DNA of 64,000 nucleotides from Octopus sinensis. Lineage: Eukaryota. Under the pieces are notes generated by a model. That model was not told the DNA's origin. It worked only from the letters and a program-made list of their open reading frames with translations, and did not search any database. Shown piece by piece: positions 25,127 to 37,599 of the stretch (position 1 is the stretch's first letter; each line of letters begins with the position of its first letter). Location: contig NW_021832528.1 of assembly GCF_006345805.1 (NCBI RefSeq), positions 1 through 64,000 on the forward strand, in the 5' to 3' direction. Position numbers and translations under genes: made by a program.

Positions 25127-26150
25127 TCAGTCACGAGTAGGGGGATAGGGAGAGTAGTAGCGGAGGGGAGGGTAGGCCGTGCCGCCAATGTTGAGGGAGG
25201 CAATGTCCAGGTCGTCGTGAGGACAAAACATTTGTTGGTAGTACATCCTGGCCTGGGAAGGACTTTGGAAGAGGACAGAGGGGCGCTTCCTGTCGCGGGG
25301 GACGGCGGTGGAAATGTGGACAGAGCAGTGTTTGATGACCAATTCCCTGCCAACGAGACTGGCGGCGACTTGTGGGTCGGAGAAAGTGACGAAAACAAAA
25401 GTCCTTGGGGGGAGGGGGACGAAGACGTCGATGACTTGTCCGAACTGTGAAAAGAACTCTTCAATGTCGGCCTTGTCCAAAGTGTGGTCGACTCGGCCGA
25501 CGAAAATCCTCCTGCGCAGTTCGTGGTCGTGGGGAGTGAGTGCCCGCAGCCTGGAATTGGGGATTCTGACTTTGCAGTGCCTTCCGTCGAGTTGGTGACA
25601 GGCGGCCAGACAGGCGAGCTGGTCCTCCCACTCAGTGAAGCGGACAAAGCCATATCCCTTGGGTCGGTTGGTGTTCATGTCCTTCTTTATCTACTCCTCC
25701 CCCACAACACACAACCTCCACCATGGCCACTCGCCCGAAAGTCTCAAAGTACTCTCTCAGTTGCTGGGAAGTGTAATGCCACGGCAGTCCCAGGATTATC
25801 AAGTCACTGCACTCCCGATACTCCGCCCGTCTCTTGGACTCCTTCGCGTACACTGTGTGGTACGTCAGCTCCCCCCACCCTTCCCTCGGGGCAATCAGCA
25901 GGTCCTCCACTCGCCGCACTACTCGGAACGGGTCGCTCGTCTTTCTCCTATATTTCAGTCCAGACGCGTAGCCGAATTGCGTGTTCAGAGTCCCCACCGA
26001 CAAGTTTCCACACTTTTCCAATGGCAGTTCAATCACCTCCGAACAGTCGTCCTCACACACCTTCACAAACTCCGACAAGTTTCCACACTTTTCCAATGGC
26101 AGTTCAATCACCTCCGAACAGTCATCCTCACACACTCTCACAAACTCCAT
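25127..26150 (-). CDS. TARDBP: TDP-43 orthologue (NTD plus two RRMs)
   Basis: NTD EFVRVCEDD..VIELPLE...QFGYASGLKYR; RRM1 SDLIILGLPW...KGYGFVRF; RRM2 IFVGR...RTFVFVTF; one 25-nt intron. Confidence 0.92.
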
Positions 26151-26235
26151 TCACACAACAACCACACCACACCACTTTTATATTATTATTATTTAAGCCA
26201 AACAAAATCACCGTCTTAACCATTAACTAACACGT

Positions 26236-27420
26236 TCAGGTGATTCCGACACTTCTCAACAGTCGAGCCATCTTTTTACGATGTTCCGACCGTGACCCCA
26301 CACACTTTCTGTATGTACGGTGAATGGTTTGTGGTCCATTTCCACGATCCCCCCCATTTGCCTCTACGAGAGACTCCAGTGTTCTATGGACAATTTCCCT
26401 ATCGGTATGGTCCTTCAGTAGGTTGATAGATCTTTCTTGAATTTTTTCGATTTTTAGCTGATTCGTTGCCGCCAGGTTACAGCCCCAAGCAGCACATGCA
26501 TAGCCTATTGTTGGCTCGATATACTGCTTGTAAAGGGTCTCTACCGCTGGCGGATAAGTTCTCCCACAGTTCCAAAGGAAGGCTTTTACAAAATTGATCT
26601 TCTTTATACAGGTTGATTCTACGTGAGGTGAAAAACAGAGGAAAGTATCAAACGTTACTCCCAATATCTTCTGTGTTTTCTTTTGTGGTATTGGGACTCC
26701 ATTCAGCGTGACATCAATAGTTTTCGTCCCCATCTTCCTATTTTTCGTGAATAGAGTGACTGCTGACTTTTCGGAACATGCATGTAGTCTGTTTTCATAT
26801 AGCCATCCATATAAGTCGTCCAGTATTCTTTGTAGTCTTTCCTTCGCGTATTCGACATTTACATCCCTAGATGCGACAACTATGTCATCGGCATAGGAGA
26901 GTAGTATGTCATTATTATCCATAGGAACCGGGTGATCATTCAGAAATAAGTTGAAGAGGTCGGGGATAAAGGAGAACCCTGGGGTACCCCATTGGGCAAT
27001 AAGCGTGATCTTGAACTCTCGTTCCCGACGCACACTTTCCCACGACGTCCGCTCAAAAAATTCGCTATCCATAGCTTCATAGGTGTAGAAATATTTGTAC
27101 CAAATATCTTTTCAATTAGGATCTTCCTTGGGACGGAGTCAAACGCTTTTTCAATGTCGATAGTGCATACAATTGATTTCTCCTGCAATTTCTTTTTTTT
27201 GTGTCCTTCATTTATGAAATCTGTTAGTGTGGTAAGGAAGGAGGTCGTTGACAATCCTTCCTTGAATCCATGTTGGAATGTAGATTGTGGGAGGAAAGGG
27301 CGAATATGTTTTAGGACCAGTTTTTCCAAGATTCTTGACAACACACATATAATGGATACTGGTCTATAGGAGCCGGGGTCGTTCTTCGGTCTTCCAGGTT
27401 TTAATATTGGCCGGATTCGG
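26236..27420 (-). mobile_element. Non-LTR retrotransposon RT, frameshifted and 5'-truncated
   Basis: QHGF, DIEKAFDSV, GVPQG, YADD and ILGVTFD motifs across two overlapping ORFs. Confidence 0.9.
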
Positions 27421-27970
27421 TATAGAGTTTGTGATTAATGACGTGTTATAGATCGTGGTTGAAGCATACGCTCTTTATATTCCACTCTTCAACGAGATAT
27501 TTAGTAAAGATATCTCGGTGCCAACTCGGGAATGATGCATCAATCGGGCCATAGCTTACGCGATCGTGCGTGAGGGAGACAATGCACGAGATCTATTTGT
27601 ACTCGGCAAGACAACCTATGATGAAATCACTCAGAGGCCTGCCCCAAAGAGTGGGAGAACATTGCCGCAAGAAAGGCCGACATTTGTGAGCAATAGGGCA
27701 AGACTCCCCCCTTAGTGCGTACTTTACTTTGTCGGGAACGAACTGCCAAATGGGAACTCAACGAGTTGAAGCGTGTCCTGGCAGAGAGGGAGGAGCTGAT
27801 TCACGTTTATCAGAAGAAACTCTCAACTCATGTCAGCGCAGGCGAGAGAACAATTTGAGTTTAATCGCAGGTTGTCCAGCCTGATTGTAGACAAGGCGTG
27901 TGATCAGACAGATGGTTTCTTGGCCACGTAAATTCGCAGGTTAGTCAGGAGTATTTATTGAAACAACAAG

Positions 27971-29336
27971 TCAAATGACTGATCGAATGAGAGCAAGCAG
28001 TTCACTGTCAGGAGACAGCATGTCGGCAATCCTAGTCAACTCTGCCTGCAATTGAAGACACTTGTCCCTCCTGGAATCGGCAGTGAGGTCGACCCCGATG
28101 GGACTGAGAGGAGCGAGGTTGTCTCGAATGAGTGGGCCGAAGTGTGTGAGGACGAGGGTGACAGTGTGGTGGAGTGTGTGGTCGGGGGAGGAGAGGAGTG
28201 GGAGGACAGTGAGAGCCAAGTCGAGAGTCCAGAAGTGAGAGGGGAGGACTCCAAGGAAGTGTGTGAGTGCAGTGTAGTCGTGTGCAAGAGTGAGAATGGC
28301 CCCCTTGTGTGAGTGAGTGAATTACCGGAATATTGCGAGTGCGGCACATGTGTGAGGCCAGTTGGAGGTGTGCGAGTGTGGTGGTGAGAATGGGGAGGAT
28401 GGTGTTGTGCCAGGTGGTGAGTGTGTGGCCTTGGAAGGCGGCGACGAGGACTCGGTGTTGGTCACAAAAGAGGTCAGCAACATTGTGGATGGGGAGTGAG
28501 GAGTGGTGTGTGTAGGGTTCCCAGGACACCAATTTGAGTGAGTGGTTGGTGGCACAGTACATGGAAGTGTGGTGGCCTGTGAATCGAATAGCCCTATGAG
28601 TGAGGAGAGGGGAGTACTTGACAGGGAGTGCGTCGAGTGGACTGCGATCGACGACTTGCATCAGGTCCAAGTCGAGCAAGGCCATAGCCCGATCAGCGCC
28701 GGCGGAAGAGAGGAGGAGCATGGAGGGGTGGAATTGGAGAGCAGTGACTGCGTCGTTGTGCGTCCTCAAGTCGTGGAGGACCCTCCCGGCGGCGACATCC
28801 CAGAGTGTGATGTGCCCGTTCTGACACCCGGCGGCCACCCACCGTCCGTCGGGGGAGAACTGTACGTGAAGTGGGGGGGACTGTGAGTGGTAGGTGGAGT
28901 GGCACTTGCTCTCCCGACTGTCCCACAACTCAGTCAACAACACCCTCACACCTTAATTCGCGAGTCGACTCCTCCTGACACGAGGAATGTGTCCCCCGGG
29001 TGCCAGTCCACACTCAGCACACCACTCGAATGACCCATTAACTTGCACACCACTTAATTTGACTGGTTGGGTGATACATCTCCCTGTCCTCACGTCCCAT
29101 TCCTTTATCACACCCGACTGCGACCCTCCCACTGCCATGTTGTTCTCGTTGTTAAATGTCACTGCTGTCACTGACTCGCACATTCCCTCCAGCCTCATCA
29201 CACTCTCCTTCTCCCCCACTTTCCACAACTCGACTTGTCCTTCCTCCCCTCCCGTTATTACCATTTCCCCCCATTTCTTCCCTATCGACATGCACCGGAT
29301 TGTTGTACACGACCTTAATGCACCACCTGAATACAT
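27971..29336 (-). CDS. KATNB1: Katanin p80 WD40 subunit B1
   Basis: WD40 repeats TGGEEGQVELW, GSQSGVIKEWDV, QFSPDGRWVA, QFHPSMLLLSSAGADR; con80 tail FGPLIRDNLAPLSPIGVDLTADSRRDKC. Confidence 0.88.
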
Positions 29337-29347
29337 TAACAATTTAT

Positions 29348-30017
29348 TCAGAAAATGACACAGTTCTTCTGGTTTTTAGTCTTTGATTGTTGTTGCGTGT
29401 TCCAAGTGTCGATAATCCTCGAAAAGATTGCCCGCACGTTGATCTACGACTGGCAGAGGGCAATTACGTCTTGCTTGGCCGAGGTCTCCTCGTAAATCAT
29501 GTTGTGCTTTCTGGCCAGGGACTTGCCGCGTTCTTCCGAGATGGGGGTCTCTTTGTGGGAGGCGAGTCGTTGGATTATTTTCAGGTCGTCGCGGAGGTCG
29601 ATTTGAGTCCCCACGAGGATTCTGATTTTGGCGTCGCTGTGTTTGTCGAGTTCGGGGATCCACTAAAGTAGGCCAGTGGTCTCACCTGACTCACAATGTT
29701 ATCGAAACTGTCGGGGCGGACCACCGAGAAGCACACAATGAACACGTCCGTCTGCGAGTAGGACAGCACTCGCAGTGTGACCAAGTCCGGCTGTCCCGCC
29801 GTGTCAAAGATGGCCAGTTTGTAATTCACGCCCTTTACGTTCATGTCCAGCACGCTGTTGTCAAAAACCTACGATTGCCCATTACTCAAAGCACTGTCGG
29901 GACGTAGAAATCAGAGAATGTTTGGTGGACTGCCCGTCCGATGAAGGAGGTCTTGCCCACTGCCCCGTCCCCCACCACCACGCACTTTAAGCACTTGTCG
30001 TTGTTCATGCCTATCAT
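29348..30017 (-). CDS. Rho-family GTPase, Cdc42-like
   Basis: KCVVVGDGAVGKTS, YVPTVFDN, FDTAGQ, LSYSQTDVFIVCFSVV, GTQIDLRD, CAAX box CVIF; three micro-introns; start at 30017 or 30008. Confidence 0.9.
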
Positions 30018-30100
30018 CAACGAGCTTGCCTAGATTAATATCCAATTCCATCAGCGCATTAATCGCTTCCGCTTCCTTGTTGCTTACGCAGTATAGAGGA

Positions 30101-31706
30101 CTATTTTATGTAATCCATCAGGGCTATCATCAATTCTATTCCTTTCGACGTCTCCATCAACGTCTTCAACGGGTCCTTCCACTCCCCCGCCCTCAATATG
30201 TTGGGAGCCATCACCATCGCCAAGTTGTTTCTGTCCATCTTTGTCTCTCCCACCAATCCCTCAATCTCCTACAATGTCAACTATACACCCACTTTCAAAA
30301 ACTTGATCAAATATATCAAAATTGACTTGTTCAGCCCCGGCAGTTGCCCAATTACCACCTCCAACGGACTTTTCCCCATACACTTTTCGTACATCTCCCG
30401 CGGGATTATCGGGCAGCCCACTTCCTGCAACCACATTTTCAGCAGGCCCGTCGCTGTCTTGCTTAGTTCACAACTGCCATACAATCACGTCCATCTCGCA
30501 CTCGCAGTACTGTTCGTACGACTGCTTCGCTCGCAACACTTCCTCCACGTCCGCCGAGATTCTGAGTCACCACACACACTTACCTGAAGATGCCCTCCAC
30601 TAGACTCGACTTGATTTGTTCGCACAACACCACCAGCACCCACGGCAGACGCAATTCCGGAAAACGCCTTTTTTGGTCACTCATCATGTCGGGCAGAGTG
30701 GACGTGAAGTTGGACCGTTTATACATGAAGGTCTACCAATCCACACAACTATGCCTACTTGCAAGTGCTCCACCTCTTCTGTCGACGGCATCCTGTTCGA
30801 CGTTTTGATTCGCATTTCCTTTCCCCGACAAACAAGGAGGCCAATGTTTTCTGTAAAAATGCTGAAATTTGGATTTTCGGCCAAATTGTTCACCAATCCC
30901 AATTTGTTGAGGGATTTGCTCACAAAGTTTTCCAACTGCGCCCACACTTCCACTTTGGGCCCGCAGAATGTGGCGAGAGCGTAGAACAGTTCCCACCCGT
31001 CCAACGTGTCCTCCCTACATTCAACGAGGACGAGTTACACGGAGGGGTTCCCGTTTAGTTGGATGCACAAAAACTGAAACATTTTTTCTCTCAATTTATG
31101 GTTTTTTAGTCCAAAGGAGATCAGTCTCAACGTCTCTTCCAATTTCGACTTTGTTTTGTGCTTCCTCATGAAATTGTGGACCAGTACTGCAAGGTTAAGG
31201 AAAAGGGAGAATATATAATGAATAATGATTAAAAGGATATTTTTCAGTCCCTCTGACAGTATTTTCTGGTCTTCCTTTTCGGGGAGGGCAAACAGTTCTT
31301 TGGGAATGCACTAAACATGACTGGGACACTCACCTTCGACCAATAGGCGTACGGGTAGTCTTGGTCGGCCTCGTAGTCTCGCGATGCTTTTTTAAAATTC
31401 TGTTGTATTGCAAGTCAACTTTACTTTGAACAGGTTCTTGAGTTTGTCTTTTTTATAATCCTTCGACTCCGTCTCGTTTATCGAGTCGGCCAAGGCTGGG
31501 TTTAAGGTTATCGTCTGCAGGGACTTTGTGGGAGAGGAACGCAAATTTTGGAAGGAAATCCCCGCTTGCACGTTCTTCCTATGCTGCACGTGATTACCAC
31601 CACTCACGATTGACATTTTCCGGTAATTGGTGGACATCTCGTCGTATTGCTCGATGAGCATTCGGACTCGGGTTTTAGTTTTGGACAAAGACAGGCCTTC
31701 CTCCAT
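30101..31706 (-). CDS. MyTH4-RhoGAP protein (ARHGAP39/Vilse-like)
   Basis: MyTH4-like GWELFYALATF; RhoGAP VEGIFR, ATGLLKMWLQE..PIIP, KMDRNNLAMVMAPNILR; 5' end uncertain (up to about 31775). Confidence 0.75.
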
Positions 31707-31827
31707 TTGAGTGGCGTCCGTGTCGTTGTGAATATGACTGGCAAGGCAGCCGTCTTAATTGTGTCGCATTTCATTGGCCCATTTATAGTGCGTCATCTTG
31801 CAACTTAAATTTTATTCCCAGGCAACC

Positions 31828-34071
31828 ATGGAAGCAAGAAAATTGGAACGCCGTGAACGAATAGCGAACAAGACCCAAATACTCCCGTAGTTGACTCCAT
31901 TCAACAATAGGCCGTCGGAGAATAGGGAGAGTCGAGGGAATGTGGGGACGAGGCGGGTGGATTCGGGGAAAAGAAGAGTCGAGAAAGCGGGGAGCTCTGC
32001 CCTGACATTGATAAACAACATAAAAGTTGCGGTGGAGGAGCGGACTGTGGAGAAGCAGAGGCAGGAGTGCGTGGACTTGTGCAAAATGTGTAAGACCACA
32101 AAACATGTTTAGAAAAGAGAAATGTAAGCACAATAGTGTAGCCCAGGCGAGTCAACTGGAGCAGGTGATATTGTGATTGGCAGGGCAGATACGCGACCAG
32201 TGGACAAGAATATACGACCTGGTTGCCCCCACCAAAATATATGACGTACTGAGGGTGTCGCATTGGTAGGAACTGCTGAGAACGAAGGAGAGTTGTGACC
32301 AGCTACTGGCGGAGAAAGACACCATAATTCAGGAATTGAAGGAGGTCTGGATAAGGCCTCAATTGGCAGCATTTGAAGAATATGGACACTTGTTACGTTC
32401 ACAATTTGGAGGCCCAGACTAACGATTTTGACATTCTGGCCGAACGAATCGCGGAACAGACGAGAAGGATTTCGGCAGTCAAATGGGAGGAGATGCTCAG
32501 ACTCCAAGTCGTGGTCGAGTCATTCCTCGTAGAGTCTGTACGAGAGTCGGCGACTGGAACTGCTGGAAGGACACGTGAGGGCGTACAACGAGGCCTTGGA
32601 GGAGAGACGCCTGTACGAGGACGACTATTTGGAAAGGAGACTGGCCATGTTGGACAAAAACGACGAATGTTTGGCGGAAATGCGGGAAAACGACAACGAG
32701 GACTATATTTTGGTGAAGGGCAAACTCGAGTCGGACATTCACGTGAATATTAATCACACAAATTGCCAAAGGAGTTGCAACAGAAACTGCAGCACGTCAA
32801 GGCTGTCTTCCAACTCAACCAGGAGAAACTCGAGTACAACTACCAGGTCCTCCGGAAAAGGGAAGAGGAGAACTCGATAATCAAGTCCCGCCAGAAGAGG
32901 AGACTGACAAAGTACTCTCTAATGCATTTTCGAAGGGCTCACGACGTTCTTGTGGCCGTCAGAGAGCGACTCAAAAGGCAGGAAAAGGACTTTTGGTAAC
33001 AAGCACACACCCAACAAATTAGGGACGAAAACACGAGCATCCGTACGGACTATCGTCGAGTGTTGGAACATATCCGAGACTTTCAAAAAATGGCCAAGTC
33101 CATCATTCTGAGCGACGAAAACAAGATCAACGACGTCTGGAGACACAACTACGAGGACTGCTCTAATCTGCTCACCCAAATCCTATCCGTGAGCAGTCTA
33201 TTCTACCAACAGCAATTGGGACTGCAGTACACTCCCCCGCCAATGTCTGCTTGTGTCCACACCTTGTAGTCCAAACATTGAACAAGCCAAGAATCCCTGC
33301 CACAACAAATCAAACTCGATCAGAATCGCCGCCCAAATAATGAGTCCGACTGAGGGTACGCCCATGGAGACAGTCCTCCGGGTGTTGGCCACTGAGGGGC
33401 AGTTCTTGGTGGAGAACAGACTCACCAGTGTTTTGAACGCACTCGATAGCACAGAATCTTTGCTTATTGGAGTCGACGCAGTCCTCTCCGCCCTTGACAT
33501 CACCGACGAGGCTGACGTGAGGGAAATAACCGAATTTTTTGTCAACAAGACCAGTCTGCTCAGGGACGAGTCATTTTGTGTCAATTCAGAGGTATTGTGA
33601 CATCATTGTGAGCAGAATGAAATGGTCTATCAAGACGGGAATCTATTTTTGCACCCAAATTATGTACTCGGAGTACTCAAGGAGTATGTGGAGGAACAGC
33701 AGAAATACGTCAAGTATTTGTGATTTGATAAAAGGAATGCAATTTGTACCAAGACCACTCTCGGGGAACTCATATCAGACTTTGACCAGGACACCAATTC
33801 CTGTTGGGACCAATTCGTCATTGCTGGGAGGAAAGAGGAGGTGCTTTGGGAAAATATGATACGTTATTTCGACAAGTACAGGTCTTGTGCGAGTGTAAAG
33901 GTTAGGAGAGTACTGGGTAGGAGGGTCGAGTTGAGTGAGGAAAATGCACGTCTCGAGAAGCAGAATTGTGAATTGCGGGGATTGATAAAGGAGTATTTCA
34001 ATTCGGATATCAACAATTTATTGAACATTCCTCCTCCAATGACAATTAATCAGTCAATTAACAATTTCTAA
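31828..34071 (+). CDS. DRC1: Dynein regulatory complex protein 1 (CCDC164)
   Basis: FQLNQEKLEYNYQVLRKREEENSIIKSRQKRR and C-terminal QNCELRGLIKEYFNSDINNLLNIPP. Confidence 0.88.
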
Positions 34072-34941
34072 TGTTTATCCTACTAAATTGTCCACTATTG
34101 CGGTTATAACTAATGGCACTTTCCTCCTTCCAATAATAAGATATTAATAAATGCACGTTTAGTGACAATGAATAAATAAAAGACAATACATGTATTTATC
34201 TAATGTACTTTGTAACACAATTCTAAATTTATTAAGGACAAGGAAAGTTATATGTCCAGTGTAACGAATAAAAAGTTTGTCCATAACATTATTAGTCCAG
34301 TTATAATGTAGGTTTTTTTAATTACGAGAATTTCTTTTCCCAGTGTAAAAAGCGTTGCTATAAGCCTTATATGTGTTTCTTTATACGTTTCAAATAATTT
34401 TTTATATAAAATTTGTATCCTGTTGTACATTTTATTTGAAATATTACTTTCTAGTATTTAAAATGTTTCCTGCGTGTATTTACCATTCTTCAAGATGAGA
34501 CCAATTTTCCTGATAAAGTTATACATTAAGTAATAAATTATAAATTTTACTGATTATCTGTATAAAAAACTATTCGAAAGTATTTATTTAGTTTATTTTA
34601 AGGTAAAAATTAAAGAATATTGATGGGAAAGTAAGTTCAATTATGTAAAATTAATAAATTTATTAAAGCTGAAAAATATTTTATTCAGATAATATTGATT
34701 CCAGCTTCCTCCTCTTTGCATCCTATCCGCCTCCTTCTGCAGGACTCATGGGCCGGGATACAACGTCCGTGTGCTCGACAGGTTCCACTGATTTCTTATA
34801 GTGGCTACTTTTTCCATTCAGTCTCTCATTGATTGCCCCAACATTAATTCCAAAACTTGTTATGTGATTCGTTGTTGTAGCTGGGAGTTTGTGTCCCGGA
34901 TGCATGCTCTCTAATATCTTTTTAATCACAATTGTCTAGGC

Positions 34942-37089
34942 CAGGGGTCACCAAACTTTTGCACTCGCGGGCCGGATTGACCCCAACACAATGAACGCGG
35001 CCGGAGCACGTGCATAGGATTATAATTTACTAGAAATTCATAAGTGTGTTTTTTACAATAAAAACTAATTAAACAAAAATAAAGTAACAAAAATTTTAAT
35101 GAGAGCTATGGAACTGTGATCTTTTTTTGATAAGTTCATCAATATTTGGTTTTAAATTGCTGCATCCTATCATGAGAATTGATTTTAAGTGTCAGTCAAT
35201 CTTGCACGATGGGCAGACTTAACATATTTCATCCTCGAAAACGTTTGCTCACATTGGTAAGTTGTGCCAAATATAGAAATCATCTTTATCGCAAAATTCT
35301 TTAGTCTCGGAAACTCATCATCCTTGAGATATTCGTAGAACTCAGCGAGTTTGGTCCGTCTGTGACAATCTTTGAGCTGTTCATTTGATTGTAAGTCAAT
35401 AACTTCTAATTGTAATTCATGTTGAACATTTTCAACATTACAAGAAATGGATTTTCGAACAAAATTATATCGCTTTCAATTTTGTCAAGTTCAGAAAACT
35501 TATGTAAAAAATGATGTTTTAATTCTTTGATAATTCCAATTTGGAAAGTAATGTCGATCTCATTACAGTTTGCCTCACAAAAACTTTTAAAACAAGAAAA
35601 GTGTGAAAACTGACGTACTCCAAGTTGTGACTCGAATAACATCAATTTTTGTCGAAATGCTTTAATTATCCTGTAGAAATCACAAATTAAGTTTTCCTTT
35701 CCTTGTAATTTCAGATTTAGCTCATTCATGTGAGTTGTAACACAACACAAAAATGATAATTTTATAGCCAAGCAAGATCTGATAATTCGGGATAATAGTT
35801 ATTTTTACTGGTTAGAAAAATATCAATCTCACTTCGGAGTTTATAAAATCTATTTAATACATTACCACAGCTAAGCCATCTAACTGCAGTGTAATATGGT
35901 AAGTCAAAATATTCAGATCCAAAATCGTCAAGTAAAACTTTAAACTGACGGTGATTAAGTGAGCTCCCTCGAACAAAGTTTATTATGCGAATAACTGGAT
36001 TCAACACACATGAAATATTAAGAGCCTTCGCACATAGTGCGTGCTGATGAAGGATGCAATGAATGAACAAAGTGTTTGAAATATGTAATTCCTCCAATTT
36101 ATTAGTTATTTGCCCAACTAGACCCTTTTTAGAACCAGCCATATTCTTTGCCCCGTCAATCGTAACACAACTCAGTTTCTCCCATTCAAGGTTTAGTCAC
36201 TTATAGTTTGTTCCAATTCATCAAAAATATCTTTTCCAGTGGTTGTTCCATGAATAGAACAAACAGTTCTTCAGTTATGGAATATTCTCATCAACTCCAC
36301 GAATAAAAATAAGAAGTTGCGATTTCCCGAAATGTCAACTGACTCATCCAATGCAAGAGAATACCACAACATATTACTTGTCTTTTCACAAATTTGTAAA
36401 TATATATTTTTCCAAGCTCTTCAGTTCTCCGTGATACAGAACTCGCCGACAAACTTATTCCATCAAATAAGGAAGAATTTAGTGGGCACAAACATTAACT
36501 GCTTCAATAATGCAATTTTTGATATACATCCCATCACTAAAGGGTTTCCCGTGTTGTGAAATAATTTTCGTTATCTCGTATCCAGCTCTTGTTACATTTT
36601 CATTATTTTCAAAATTTTTTTTATAAGGCCTTGTTGAATTTGTAAAGTGCGTTTCAGTGATTCAACTTTATCCTCACGTAGCTTTCCAGTGTACTTGGAA
36701 TATATCGGAGCATGATTCGTTTCATAATGACGTCGAATGTTATACTCCTTCATAACAGAGAGATGTTCGTGGCATATTAAACAATAAGCTTTCTGCTTTA
36801 ATTCATCTTTCGCAAAAAAATACTTCAATTCCCATAATTTATTGAATACACGGCATTCGCGGTCAACCTTTCTTTCATATTAGACATAGCAACAAAGAAA
36901 AATTTAACGTTAATGCTGATAAGTTTTTTTTCGAATTAAATCTTGCAAAATAGTTTAATTTTTTAATTAAAGTTTTTATTTAAGTTAATTATTAAGGTAT
37001 TAATTGAATATCTCGAAATAGTGCGCGGGCCGGATAAAATGTTGTCGCGGGCCGGATCCGGCCCGCGGGCCGTAGTTTGGTGACGTCTG
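34942..37089 (-). mobile_element. hAT DNA transposon (Buster/Charlie/SPIN, GTF2IRD2-like), full length with decayed transposase
   Basis: TIRs CAGGGGTCACCAAACT / AGTTTGGTGACGTCTG (14 of 16 match); 8-bp TSD GTCTAGGC at 34934-34941 and 37090-37097; CLIC..KEYNIRRHYETNH, HCILHQHALC, VRWLS, LNLKLQG motifs. Confidence 0.95.
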
Positions 37090-37599
37090 GTCTAGGCATA
37101 GGCACGAGTTGAATCCTCGACTTTTATGGAATTTGATGGCGCTTGTAACTTAAAAATAAAAGTGTGCACATTTAATATCCACTATTTCCATCAGTCATTT
37201 AATTTAAATTTAAAAAATTGTACTCTTTATTCAGAACAGTGTGGAATTCTGTTGACTTGCATTCGAGCCGAGTGTTAGCATCGATGAGTAGGCAACGGCA
37301 CTCTTAAAGGAGATCGGAAGTAGGATCTCAAAACCCACATTGGAGAGGAGGGAAACGCCATGGTTGTTTTATAAAATCACTGTGGCAATCCTGAGAGAGA
37401 ATTGATAGCTATCCTCGGCACGATAGATTCTCTACTCCTCGAATGGATTAATCAAATAAATACCAATTTTTGATTATCCTATTTCACAAAATAAACTAAC
37501 AAAAAGCTCAGGCAAAGCACATTGGAATATATTAGATTAATAATTTATTTCCTCAACACTATGGTGGAATGAAATAAAGTAAATGTTAGTTATGTCTAT

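Noticed and set aside
27430-27930. Possible small coiled-coil gene; similar candidates at 6560-7100, 34200-34930 and 57660-57945
   Set aside because: Could not build a consistent spliced model or recognise a family, so left uncalled
28120-28520. Telomeric or microsatellite GT/GGA-like repeats
   Set aside because: Not periodic; this is the skewed 3' coding half of KATNB1 seen on the opposite strand
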